Assembly: GCA_032718475.1 (NCBI GenBank)
Contig: JAUCBJ010000765.1
Coordinates: 1-64,000 of the forward strand
Reading direction: 5' to 3'
Length of the DNA stretch: 64,000 nucleotides
Source: Nemertoderma westbladi
Taxonomy: Eukaryota; Animalia; Xenacoelomorpha
Of the stretch, positions 29,682 to 42,614 are shown in pieces. The translations under genes and the position numbers were made by a program. The notes beneath the pieces are model-generated. The model had not been told where the DNA came from. It saw only the letters and a list, made by a program, of their open reading frames with translations, and ran no database searches. How positions within the stretch are numbered: the first letter of the stretch is position 1; each line of letters opens with the position of its first letter.

Positions 29682-31903
29682 TGATAAACAACCGCGACCT
29701 CTATACTAACAGCAGAACTGTTGAACAGACCAATACCCGTTAATATTCTTCTGCCAACCTAATGAGCTCTCGCCTAACCAATAAGACACAAAGACTGCTC
29801 TACTGTTAAGTAAAGGGGCTCAGGAGCGTGATATTACTAAATTGTAAGGGTTGCTAAATACAAAACCGCTACTTACCGTTAGATGGCGCTAATCTGCCGT
29901 CCGCTAATATATTTTACTAATTTTACACAACTCCTGCAAAATCGCTTGTTCCTTTCTCTACCGATTGCTCAATAGAGAGCTAACTGTTCGAATCTATGAG
30001 CCACGCGGGAATAACCAAAACAATAAACCCGAGTCGGCTCCCTAAGCTTACTTAAGACGAGTGCGAGAGGCTTTGCACTCAGAGTATTCTTACGCCTAAT
30101 TCTATCACTTATTAAAGCACGCTATTACCTACGTCTTTTCTAATCGCGAATACTGGGGGTTCTCTAACGTAATGTGTGAATGCGAGAATATTTAAATATC
30201 AAAATGGTACAGTATTTGTCTCTCGTGGATAGTACCGCTCTGGGTCTAAACTTGCCTGCAGCTGGCTTTAGGCCAGCAAATCACTAGCGTTTCGTGCGTA
30301 CCGAATAGTGCGTTCTAGCTGATTGCCCGCTAATGCAAATAACCGCTCAGCGTGAATAGTTTACAGTACTCTAATTATTACTTTAGCTACTCTCCGCTAT
30401 GCTGCGTACTAATTCTTAATTTTTACTAATCAATTACAGTCACAAATATTGAACAGCGTACTAATTACTAAGAGTTCCAGAATACGTAATTCTAATTTAT
30501 CACGCAACAGGTTTCGCTAGTAATAGCCTAAATTGCCGTATTACTTTGACCTAATCAGTAACTAATTGTTGTAACTAAGAAATAGAAATTAATCAAAGAG
30601 AAAAGAGCGCCTACCTAAACATTCACAATCATAGGCACACTTCAGTAACACACCAATCAGCGTCAGCAATCACAGTTCGCAATTATGCAGTTAACTACTG
30701 TATAACCCACAATTATGCAATTCACTACTCGTACTCTACACTCAATGTTCGAAACGTTGTGATACGTGCAGGCCTCTCCCGGGTACATATAGGACTCCTA
30801 ACTAACCTGATTCCTGCCCCCCTAATACTAAATAGAGACGAAACCTGGATCATCAGCCCCCTAATTACTGTACCAGCGATAGGTCTGCATACCACATCGT
30901 TAACTTCCCGACCGCAACGGTGGCCCCCGCCAGCGTTGCTCGCCCTTGAATCCTCCGCTCTCCCTTCGTCGCTAACCCCCCGATGTGCCCACCGCCCACT
31001 GGCGCCTTAGCCCTCCATTACGCTAATAGCTACCGTAGCGGCGCATGCAAATCACAAAGTCTGACAGTCTCAGAAATCCCTTAGGATTATTGCGCAGAAA
31101 AGGATCACATAGAACCATTAATCAAAAGGTAGAAATCATAGTTCAGTTGTAATCAGCAGTAATCGAAGGAATTAATTGAGAAACACAAGCAAGAGTAATC
31201 GCACTAGCAAATCATTTCAAGAAAATTAATCAAATTGCAGAAATACACTAAAATATCCGTCAAAAAAATGAATAGAGACAGCTCAGCAAGTACAACAGCA
31301 GTGCAGGTCATGTGAGGTGTAACAGGGGTTGATTAAGGCTCTACCGGCACACCGCCAATTTATAGGTGATCCGGATGGGGTGATGCAATAGGGTGACTCA
31401 ATCGCTCTCCTATTGGCTCTCCAGTCCGCGCTAGCATTAGACCAACCTGGAAGCAGTTAATCCAATAAGGAGGCCGGATTGTAGCCCTATTGCCTGCCCA
31501 AACCTCAAATTATTACCATATATGGTAATGGTTCACGTCCCTGGCTGCTGAATGGCCAGGACAGCGTCCCTATATGCTAGCCCTATTGATGCTAATATCA
31601 GCAAGCACAAAATCCAGGGTCCGAATAAACTCGCTACCCTGGAACTATCTACATATATCCTAATACAAAATTACGTAGGTAGGGCTACATACTATACAAA
31701 ATGGATGGATTCAAATATATGGGTGTTTCGATTTCCCTATCTAAATACTACTGCGTTATTATGCCTTATCTAAAATATCATGCTGCACAATGGACTAATA
31801 TTACGTACAGTATAACGGACTAATATTGCATACTGCATAACGGACTAATATTGCATACTGCATGATGACTAATAATATGGATACAGCGCCATATACCGTA
31901 ACA
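29682..31903 (-). repeat. Element A 5' LTR (2222 bp)
   Basis: TGTTACGG...GTTTATCA on minus strand; repeat of 881-2995 plus 14955-15063. Confidence 0.97.
31328..31416 (-). promoter_or_regulatory. Probable Pol II promoter in A LTR
   Basis: Minus strand CCAAT (31416-31412), AP-1 site TGAGTCA (31400-31394), TATAAAT (31364-31358), TCA initiator-like site near 31330. Confidence 0.55.
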
Positions 31904-31908
31904 CACCC

Positions 31909-33855
31909 GCTAAAGGACTTCTGGATAACAACGCTAGTCGGGAAGCGATATAGCATCTATTAGACAAAATACTGTACGTGTTGCTATCTGTAAATATGTG
32001 TGGGCTGATGATCCTGCAATCACAAAGGAATGCAAGGCAATCGTCGATGACGTCATTAATATATTGGGAAAAGACGCTGAGTATTGTTCTTTGCGAAATG
32101 TAACGACGTTTGACAATGACAGATAATTGTGGGACATGCTACAAAGTATGTAGATACTCTACAAACTACATATATTGCGAGGATTGTTATCGGTGGTTTC
32201 ATGCAAAATGCCAAGAGTTGACTGGGGACTTTTTTCACAGACTGGGAGAGATGGAAGGTGGCTACGTTTGCCTCGATTGCTGTTATGCAAACAACAATAA
32301 TTATAATTACGATATGGCTCTGAAGAGACTATCTAAAGCGAGTTTGAGTGGAGTGGATGATTTAAAAGCTGCTGTTCTATTGGAAATGCTCTTAATGAGA
32401 AGGCTTTCAAATCATATGGCATATTTAAGGGGGGGGTACACCATTTTGGTCCAAAATATGTCGAAACTTTTTTTATGGTATATTATAATGCACCATTGAA
32501 TGGTGTTTCCAAATCTGAAAACCGCTATTTAATAGCTTTTTTACTTTTCAAGTTATGTAAATTTCCATTTAGGGAATCCTATTGAAATTACTATTACTAC
32601 GTATGTATAATGAAAGGTCGATTATCTCCAAATATTTTTTTCATGAAATTGTCAACTTCAAAACCCTACTACTTCTACAATTTTTGAGTAATTAGTCTGA
32701 AACTTCCTGTGGGTGTCTAGATAGCCACCCTGCATAAAAGTATCAGGCAACTTTTCGAAGTTTTTTGTTAATAAAATTTAATACTATTTATAAAAAACCT
32801 AAAAATTAGCATAAATTTGCAGCGCCACCTAGCGGTGCAGAATTATTTTAACAAAATTTCGCCTGATAGTTATGTTGCCCCATCTTTGATCTATCATATA
32901 AAAAAACTTTCATGTGATTAGGTTCAAAACTGTAAAAGCCTTAGGGTTTTAAGCGCAACCAAGTTTTTTTTATTGTTAACTAGTATTAACTAATATTAAA
33001 TAGCGGAAAAAATTTTTTTTTTGACCTGTCATGTAGAATAGCATCTTAGGCACCTATATGCCAAATTTTAGCCAAAACCAAACAATTTTGAAACGCTGAG
33101 AGTGATAAATCGAAGAGTTGTCCGAAAATGGTGTACCCCCCCCCCCTTAACTATAGATCGTGAAGCAATTTTAACATTAGACATTATATCGATACCGAAG
33201 CTAATGATTTATTTAAAAATGTAGGTTGTTGTGATCGGGTTCCTATAGCAGTCCTTGCCGATGGAAACTGTTTATTTAATGCTCTCTCCGTAACTTTATG
33301 TGGTGATGAATCTCAGAGTAAAAAAATCTGGTTTAATGTTTTGCTAGAAATGGTCAATTTTGAAACATATTATAGTAAAGAAAACGAAAAGAAAGCGATG
33401 GAGCTACACTTAGTGGCTGACATTAAAGAAAGTATTGTAGATTGCGCTCGTTTAGCGGCATGGTCCAGTCCATGGACTGTTTGCTGCTGCATCAGTGATG
33501 GGTATCAATATTCGATCTATGTATCCGCCTGTTAATGGTCTTATGGATAATGTTTCCCGCATTTTGAATTTGAAATTTGTCCCTCGAAACTTTGAAGATG
33601 GCAATAAGTCATATGAAACAGTCTATATAATGTGGTGTGGAGGAAACGAAACTGACATCGCTAACGTTAGTTGGAGACCTACCCACTTTGTACCTCTTTT
33701 GAAGAGTGAAGAAGTAGGCCTACCAATACTGTGTTGACCACAGTGCCGACATGTTTCTTGAATCAACCCCTCTCAAGCAATCATACAAAGAGAGTCTTTC
33801 AGATATTAATGTTTCTGCTATTAACATCGATGAGCCAACACCAATACTGCCACGT
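31909..33855 (+). pseudogene. Decayed transposon gene, N-terminal part: PHD finger and OTU/vertnin-like cysteine protease domain
   Basis: CGTC...CEDCYRWFHAKC...YVCLDC PHD; ADGNCLFNALSVTLCGDE and HFVPLL OTU-like motifs; removing element A joins 842-880 to give LECTICKELVTHPLKDFW. Confidence 0.7.
32429..33146. mobile_element. Non-autonomous DNA transposon with TTAA TSD (Kolobok-type MITE)
   Basis: TIR GGGGGGGGTACACCATTTT / AAAATGGTGTACCCCCCCC; TTAA at 32425-32428 and 33147-33150; purine-purine termini rather than piggyBac CCC. Confidence 0.85.
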
Positions 33856-36800
33856 ATGTGGGGCGAGCCACGAAGTGAGTGAGCCTTAGCGTAGTGGTAC
33901 CATTAATCAACCTGTCGTTCTGTCGTTCTGTGGGGCGAGCCACGAAGTGAGTGAGCCTTAGCGTAGTGGTACCATTAATCAACCTGTCGTTCTGTCGTTC
34001 TGTCGCGTTTTTTTTCAGTATTTTATTTTAAACGTTAATAACTCGGCCAATCCTTGATGAAATCTATCCAAACTTGGTACACATGTTGTTTGGCAAAAGT
34101 TTGAAAATTTTCCAAGTAGAATTTGCGTGGGGGCCTTCGTGCAGCATCAGTGTAACTGTTATTGTAGTTATAATATATTTATTTATCCAAAATTAACATG
34201 CGTTAAATTATTATTACTGTAGGATAAATCAGCTGGTTTTCTGACAAATTTTGCAAAACATAGGGGCTGTCTGCCAATCTGCATGTACCATGCATGTACC
34301 GGTATTGTCAGGCTGTACTCAATTCCTGAATCGAGAATTCTGCAATCAGTCAATACTGCAATACAGGTCAGCCGGTACCATTCACTGCAGACATGCCATA
34401 TCATGTAATCTAATCATTGCGAAACCCTTGCGGTGATTATAGTTTAGGCCTAATTAGCCTAGTACCGGTAATAATAATATAATAGTTTAGATAGTTCACC
34501 GTATTGCTGTACTGCCGTTGTAGTGCGCACCGTAGGTACCACCCATGCGTAGGCTGACTGTGCTGATTATCAGATTATGGTACTGTGGTACAAGCTATAT
34601 ACTGTTAGGTATACTGCTGTATTGGGGTGGGGTTAGGAATAATCCATTTGTTTTAGCATTTAATCCCCTTATTTATTATAAAACCATTGGAAATATTCGC
34701 AAATGCCGCTCCATTACTGTCTGAAACGCTCCCGACAGTCCGATGTATCTGGACCCGAGCAGCCGAGTTGCTTCAAGAGGTGATTAACGGGGGAATACTA
34801 CGGAATTGCTTGTTTGTCAGTACGATTCTATTTGGGTATTTACTACACTCAGACACTGGGAATACGGCGGTCGGTCAGATCGTAATGCGGGCCACTGCCA
34901 AGTTCCTCATGCCTCACTCCGGTCACCCACCTTGGAGTGCGGTGGGAAGAGTCCCACTTACTGACTTACGTCGACGACTGGACGAATCGACGAGGATTGC
35001 GATCTGGGTTTAGCGGCGGCCCGGATCCTGGTATCGCCTGGGGGAAATGGTTGAACGTCGGGCATACTTGTATCGCACTGGATTACGTTCTCTGCGACGT
35101 GAAAGTGTGAAGCGAATTCGTTGTCGAATTGGGTCGAAAGCTGCGGGAATTCTACTGTTCTACGGGAGTAAACCGCAGCGGTCCGGTGACTACGGACGGA
35201 TACTACTGGGATAAGCAGGTATTTCGATCGAGTTTCTCGTATTCTCGATGCTCGACAGCTCGAGGCGGATAGAGAGTTGGTTGTGTTGGGCGGTGTTGTT
35301 CAATTCTATCAAACGTATTAAATAATTGGTAAAATAATAAAAACACACCAGATAAAGATACTGAGCTTATGGTAAAGAGATAGGCCGAACTTACAATTTC
35401 CAAATAGATTGTTCATATAATAAATATATTTTTGGTATTTGATTTCAAGATAGGGGGGGGGGGGGGGGGACTGGACGCAATAAAAATTCATCCCTCTCCA
35501 GGGGAAATTGGACGCAAATAACAACAGCTGATTACTCTCAAAAATAAAACTGTAACCTGTTCTATTGTGTTTACTTTATTGTTTTGGTTAAAATAACGTG
35601 CCACTGTAACCTGCTCCTTTCCCAAAATTGAGAAATTAATATTGAGGCGGGATATTAATTCGCCAAGATGGGATTTGCGTCCAGTCCCACCCCCCTCCTG
35701 TCTCTTGATTTTACTAAAAAATAGAATACATTGCATTTTACTGTTATAATTACTGTATTGAATAAAATAATTAATTTATTGTTTATTAAACCGTGCTAAG
35801 CACGTTGAACTGGAGCTCTAACAATTCCCCACTAGCGGCAGACAGGAACTGTAAAAGTCTCTGTAGAATTTCTAATTAAGCAATGCTCTTAGGTAACTAC
35901 TACTAAATTTCAGATGAATCTGATCGTTGGTTCTATAATTACAGCTATTTTTACGTTTCTGTTAATTCGCCCCCTAGCGGCAGACAGGGGAACTGTAGAA
36001 GTCTGTCTGTGTGTAGAATTTCAAAATTTTTTATAGACTACATGTGTACCAAGTTTGGTTCCATTTCATCCTTGATTGACTGACTTATAAGCGTTCAAAC
36101 ATTCCTGCCACAAACATAGCCAGAGGCAGCCACAAACAAATAAAAGCTGCAGGAACTCTAGCGATAATTAATTAATTAATTATTAAATACTGTTTCAATT
36201 AAATTACTTACGAAAATCTAGTCATCTTCTTTTAAATATGGACCCTGCATTCGTGGAAAATATAATATTTGATAATTCAGCAGTCAGCCTACGCTAATTT
36301 CACAGCAAAGTCCTTGTCATGGCCTGTGTGTAGTAGGCCATGGTACCACCCTACTACCGGTACCGGCTGACCGGTGGCAACTAGCACTTCAGCACTTGCA
36401 CAGCAACAGCACTACCGGCGATACACAGGTTGGAATTTATGTAGAGTTTGCTCAACAGTACAGATATAAAATAGTTATCTAAATTATATATATTACTATT
36501 GACAAGTATTGAAATATATACCGTTATTCGTGTTATCAGTATTTGCAACATCTGACATTGAAGAGGTGAGAGAAGATGAATACCGGCACTCAACAAAACC
36601 AACGCTTATCACAGGTCGGTATGGTTACCTCGAAACCGGCGCGACTGTCCACTCGAATACAACTTCAAAACACAAACGCCAACAATAAACTGAAAGCGAA
36701 TCGAACGTCTTCAGAAGAATCTGTCATTGGGACGAAGAAAAGGAAGCCGAAACCACGGGAATGGACCACAGCTAAGATTGAATGCTCCCATTGTCAGAGT

Positions 36801-37305
36801 TCCTGGACCGAAATTGAAACACCAATTGCCGATGGGCTTGATCTCTCAAACCAAAACTTCCTCTGCGGGGTTTGCGCGGCAGTAAAGATTGAAAGTCTGG
36901 AAGCTGGCATCCCTAGGTATTATTATTATAAAGAGCGTCAGCCTGCGTTTAATAAATATATTTTAATACAAAACAGGTCGAACGCAAAGAGGCTTATAAT
37001 GAAGACGAGTACTGCATTGATTATATTCCTATAAACCACCTGGCTTTGCATATTGAACGTGCGTTTGGAAATAAGTTCGTGCTACCCTTCCGTGGGTGGT
37101 AGATGTCGCGGTTATGTATTGGTGGGTGGGGGGAGGGGGGGGGGGGGGTGCAGATTAAAAGGGGTGAACACGTACTGTCCCCCTTTCTTTGATTAATTGG
37201 TGGTGTGGGTTAATCTCTCATAACCTGATTTTGTGATACAGTCGCACAATTTTAATTTGTATCTCATAACTGGGCCTCGTGCTGCGCGAAGGCCCCACGA
37301 ACGTG
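33856..37305 (+). mobile_element. Putative non-autonomous Helentron-like (HINE) insertion
   Basis: Inserted between T and T without TSD; removal restores frame PTPILPR|LFTENKP; GTGGGGC/GCCCCAC subterminal repeats, CTGTCGTT microsatellite, 3' hairpin; duplicated 5' end; related 5' end at about 39575. Confidence 0.55.
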
Positions 37306-39220
37306 TTATTTACTGAAAACAAACCTGTTTATCGCAATGAAACTGAAATTCCAATTGATAGTTCGAATAAAAAGTTTAATGTTCTTCCGAGTTCCAGGAA
37401 GCACCTTGCAATGGAAGAAATAGTAAAGATACTTAATGTTAAATCTGATATTCACATTTTTGATAAAATACCCCGTGGTAAAAAGGAAAATGTTTATATT
37501 TTGTTACGAGATGTTCCACCGGGTCCTGACAAGAAACGTAATTTTGTTGATGATTGTGGTGTTTGGGACTGGAAGAGTTCCACAACTTGCAACAAAATAT
37601 TTTCTATGACAAATTTAAATATGGTATCTGGTATTCAGTTAATTAATTGATTAATTATCAAACAAACAAGGCTGCACAATGAATTAATCTACAACCAAGC
37701 TCATTGTCAATCCTAAATATACACCGTTACTATACCAAGCTGAAGCGCAAACCCGATTATGTGAGGCGTATATCTTGCATTCAGCACAACTCACCTGAAT
37801 TGTTACAAGACGTCTGCATTGTGGAGTATGTTGTGCAGTTACCCGATGACTTGACTCCTCGTGGTAATTGTAAGAAAGATTACCATTATATTCGATCGGA
37901 TTCTGATGTTTTACCAGCAATTAGTGAAAGAGTAAATAAGCGGAAATATCCAAAAGTTGTATATTCTAAAATGGTGAAAGAATGTACCGATAGAGATGAG
38001 TCAATATTGGCTCCAAGAGACATAAAACAAATTTTCAACAAAAAGTACAACGAGAATAAGAAAGCATGAATAAACTCCCCAACAAAAAATGTTGCTGATG
38101 AGGTTTTGGCGGTCTTAGGAGAATTGCATACGAATCAAAATATGCAATCAATTATTCATAGAAAAGACATGGCTCCCTGTATTATATTATATACAAAACA
38201 ACAAAGTAACGAAATGATACAAAATGTGAGTCGTGACAATGAACAAGTTATCGTCATAGACAGAACATTCAATGTTGGAACAGCGTATTTGACGCTATTG
38301 GTTTACAAGAACACTTCTGTTGTGTTTAAAAAGGATTCAAAGCACCCAGTGTTTATTGGGGCTGCATACCTTCACTGGGACGGGGAATTCTCGACTTATC
38401 ATTCATTTCTGTCTGAAATAGCCTGCCAATTTATTGATTGTAAAGTTAACTTTTGAAATTAAAGTGAATATTGGTTCAGATCAAGAGAAAGCGTTGGTAA
38501 AAGCAATTCGCGCTGTCTTCCCAAATGCAACGCAGATTCTTTGTGCAAAGCACATGCAAGACAATATTAGAGATTACTTAACAAATAAAATTGGTGTGCG
38601 AATTTCAGTTCGTAATTCTGTCATTGACCAGATATTTGGTGATCAAGGGATAGTTAGATGCCGTGACGAATATAGTTACGAAACTACAGTAGTGGATACA
38701 TTATCAGAGGTGTTTGAACAACATCAAGTATTCAAAAAATACTTCTATGAACATATTTATGACAAACTCTATGAGTACATATGTGTACCCAATCGGAGAG
38801 CAGATGGAGAATATTGTATCCTTATGGTTAAACAATGAGTGTGAGTCGTTAAACAACATCGTGAAGTTGTTTATTGATTGGAAACCCCAACAGCTTTTGG
38901 AGTTAATTAGAAAAGTTGGAAATATTACTGGAATTCAAATGCTCGATCTTCGCCGTGCTATATATGATGGAGTGAATTATCGCCTTGTATCTTCTCTTAG
39001 AAATAAGTATCGAGTTCAGCGCACTGTCTGGGATAATAAATCTAAAGACGAGAAGGATGCGCTGTTTGCCGCATTTATAAGTCGTGATACAAAATCTTCT
39101 AAAATGCTTAAGGCATCATCGTGCAAATTCCAAATACCCAAACTACCAACTGTAGCCCGCAAGCCAGGGCAAAGGGCGCGCGTAAAAGCGAAAAGAACGA
39201 AGAAGATTTTAAAGAAGTGA
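37306..39220 (+). pseudogene. Decayed Mutator/MULE transposase (continuation of the PHD-OTU gene)
   Basis: VIVIDRTFNV, HPVFIGAAYLH, IGSDQEKALVKAIRAVFPNATQILCAKHMQDNI (MULE DDE with CxxH), NNECESLN; several stops and frameshifts. Confidence 0.85.
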
Positions 39221-40739
39221 CAGCCATACTGTAATTAATAATCATATAGAACTACAGTATCCTTTGAACTGATATAAAAAACTGAACTTATTCTTACAAG
39301 GAACTAGAACAAGTCTTGTTTGGAAAGGCGAATTTTATAGTAAGTAAAAAAAACAATTAAAATTGAAGATATCTAGATTACATTTTGGTTCATATCTATG
39401 CGGTTCTATAATCTATCATAACATATTGCTACAGAAGCAATTTAAGTATTATTTTTTTAAGAAAAATGTTTTAAGAAAAAAAAGTATCGAGACATAAATA
39501 TTGAGTTATTCAGGCACTTTGTCTAACATTCCTCGTTCCACCTATATGGTTGTACCTGTCCCTACAATAAATATTTGTGGGGCGAGTCACGAAAAGAGCG
39601 AAGCCTTAGCATAGGGGTACCATTGACGAGTTGTCTTTCGTTATCGTCTGACTTCGTAAGATTTTTGATAGCTATTAACTTGGGCATTCCTTGATGAATT
39701 TAAACGTATTGAAAGTGCATCCATGTAGAAAGGTTTGAAAGTAATTTAAGCGAAATCCATTCACACACTCAAAAGTTATTGAAACTTATATATATAAATG
39801 TTATACAATTTTAGTACTTTGTATTTTCTTACCTTTAATATCAGGCAGTGGCGCAGCCACAGGGGGACACGTCCCTCCCACTTTTAAGGTAGGGGGGGGG
39901 GGGGGGGGGACACCAAATCATATGTACCCGGCACTTTTTATACTTTGTATATACAATTTAGTAATTTAATAATAATTTAATAATCGTAATAAACTCTGAT
40001 CGAGTATTACAGTATAACTAATAACTCCTACGTATTTACATTTCAATCCCTCCCATCCCTGTCGCATATTTCCAAACACCATGAACTGTTTTTGCACTGA
40101 CAATATAAGCCACTTGATATGGTAATGTAAGGCGTATTTCCATATCCCCAAAATTTCGTCATATATTGATTTGGTTAGAATAACTAAAACAAATTTATTG
40201 ATAATTAAATTTTTTGTGAATTCCCCGTGTCGAGATATCAACCCGCCTTCGCTTTCAATCCATACCTAATTAAATAGGTATCTCAGTCGACATTTTAATC
40301 TTATAGAGGGTTCGTTGGTAACGAATGGAAGATGACGTTGTTGCAGGGAAACTAAATAATGTAATAAATGCAGAATTTGTCAAAAGGAATATCTGAGATA
40401 TGGCAGTATAATGGCCGTTGAAAGTTACATATTTTGCGTGAGCTGTGATGGAGTCCATTTATTCTACATTCTAATATGTAATTTATCAGTAGCTGGGCAA
40501 CAATACAGTACAATTACCTATTATATATTATATATAATAATAATAGTACGCAGCCATTCATGCATAAACAACTGTTACAGAATATTGTGTCTTTATTAAG
40601 TAGAATAAATTGCCCGCAGCGGAACCGAAGCAAATACATGCAACATTCAAATGCTCATAAATCAGCTTTTTCAAACAAAATTCAAATGTTTTTACATACA
40701 TTTGGAATCCATCATCGAGATCTTTCGTTCTCCACCAAC

Positions 40740-42614
40740 CAGTGCCGGATTAACCTTAAGGCATATAAGGCACGTGCCTTAGGGCCAGCCGAAAATACGG
40801 GCCATTTTTTCTCAGCGAGTCATTCTTGTGAGGAAAATATTTTTATCTGAAAGTCCACATTTTTTCTCACTAAAATTTATAGAAAACAGAGCAAGAAAGT
40901 GCATCTTTCGACTACTTTCTATCTCTAAATTTCTGATAGATAGTGCTGCAAAATTCTAGCTCAGTCGACCGACAGGTGCTGTGTTATTAGTTCGAGACCT
41001 GATGGCAGGGAAATAATAAAACATGGGCAGTAAAACTTTAAAGTGCTAATTATGAACAATGGAGAATTTAATTTTATTTATTTGTGGGGAATTATTTGTA
41101 GTTATGCTCTTAAACTTTCTGGAACAACCAAATAATGACGTGGTGACATACTGGAAATACTGTTCATAGTAAATGTATGGCGTGGAGATATGGTAGTGCG
41201 AAATTAATTTTTTTTACCGGAAACGAGTTTTATAAATATAGACCCTAATAGATAAAAAAAAGGATAAATTAGTTGTAGATAAAATAGTTGTTGATAAAAA
41301 AAAACGTGTCAGAAATAACTTCTTGTCACTACTGTAATTTAATTTAACCGAAATTCAGATGTTCTGCCCTCGTGTATTGAATTTTGCATTCGATGGCCTT
41401 TTAGGTGCAATTCCTGCAAAACCTAAAAGCATAATTAGGCAGCATAATTGAATTTGGTAAATTAAAATTAGTGACAAAAAGTACTTATTTCCGAGACTGT
41501 TCTCTATCGGAGAACATTTATTTCTCAGCAAGTCCAAATCTAGATCAAAAATATTATATATTTGCACAAAACCCACACTTTTGGTGTGTTATATTTCTCA
41601 GCAATTCCTGTAAAGATAAGTACCGTGCAAAAGCTACCCTACAGAAAATAAATAACACATTCCCACGATCCGATCAAAATTACTAAATACCTACAGGAGC
41701 CAGTCAGCCTTAAGGGGGCCAACTATAACCACCACAGAAATGACATTTTCGAAAATTTGCACAAATTTTTGTAGTTTGATAGATGGGCTTTCATAAGGTG
41801 ATATCGGTTTTCAACAATGAATTATTTTTTGACCTCAAAACTGCTCTTTTCAACAACATAATATATTGCTGATATTTATGATTCTCTGTATAAAACAACC
41901 TTTTTATCAGTTTGTCGATTTTTACTTTTTTTATCACTAAATCCCCTACTACTATTTTATTTTTTACTCAATTCCCATCAAACATATACCAAAATGTTCA
42001 GCAGCGTTAGGACTACTATCGTTGGTTTTGTAAAACATTGCCATTTGGATCTTCTAGAGCCGATTTTGTAACAATATTTTTTTTCACCTAATTTTGAAAA
42101 AACCGACCAGCTCAAAAAGTGCCATATTTTTCGAACAAACGGTTTATGAATCTACCTATACTCAGTTTTCATACTGTAGTATATAAAAGGTCACAGATCA
42201 TTGTGTTAAAGTTTCAGAATAGTAGCTTTATAAATAAAACAAATAGATTTTGGGTAATGCAGTTATGGTCCCATAAATATATTAAAAAATTAAAGCTTGA
42301 GAAATTCTACCAAAACCATTACACTTTTTATAGCAAAGGTTTTATAGGCATGATATGCCGTTTAGTAATGTTACAATTCTTGATGAAAACTATTTTTGCA
42401 AAGTAGGCCTATTATTAAAGTACTTAGTAGTTATTTGCACGCAGTCATCCAACAAAAATACTTTATATATTTCCTTCGTAACATTTTCACAATTTCAGTT
42501 GTTTTTAGCAGCTTTTTGTTTTGAAAGGGTTTGCGGAAAAATATCAATTTTCGGGCCATTTTTGGAAATTACTAAAATGTGCCTTAGGGCCACCAGAGGC
42601 TTAATCCGGCACTG
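40740..42614. mobile_element. hAT-type non-autonomous DNA transposon
   Basis: TIR CAGTGCCGGATTAA / TTAATCCGGCACTG; 8-bp TSD CCACCAAC at 40732-40739 and 42615-42622. Confidence 0.92.

Larger units (their letters stand above)
881..31903 (-). mobile_element. BEL/Pao LTR retrotransposon 'A', full length (about 19 kb without nested element B)
   Basis: Direct LTRs 881-15063 (interrupted) and 29682-31903 with TG...CA termini; 5-bp TSD CACCC at 876-880 and 31904-31908; minus-strand gag-PR-RT-RH-INT with BEL motifs. Confidence 0.97.
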
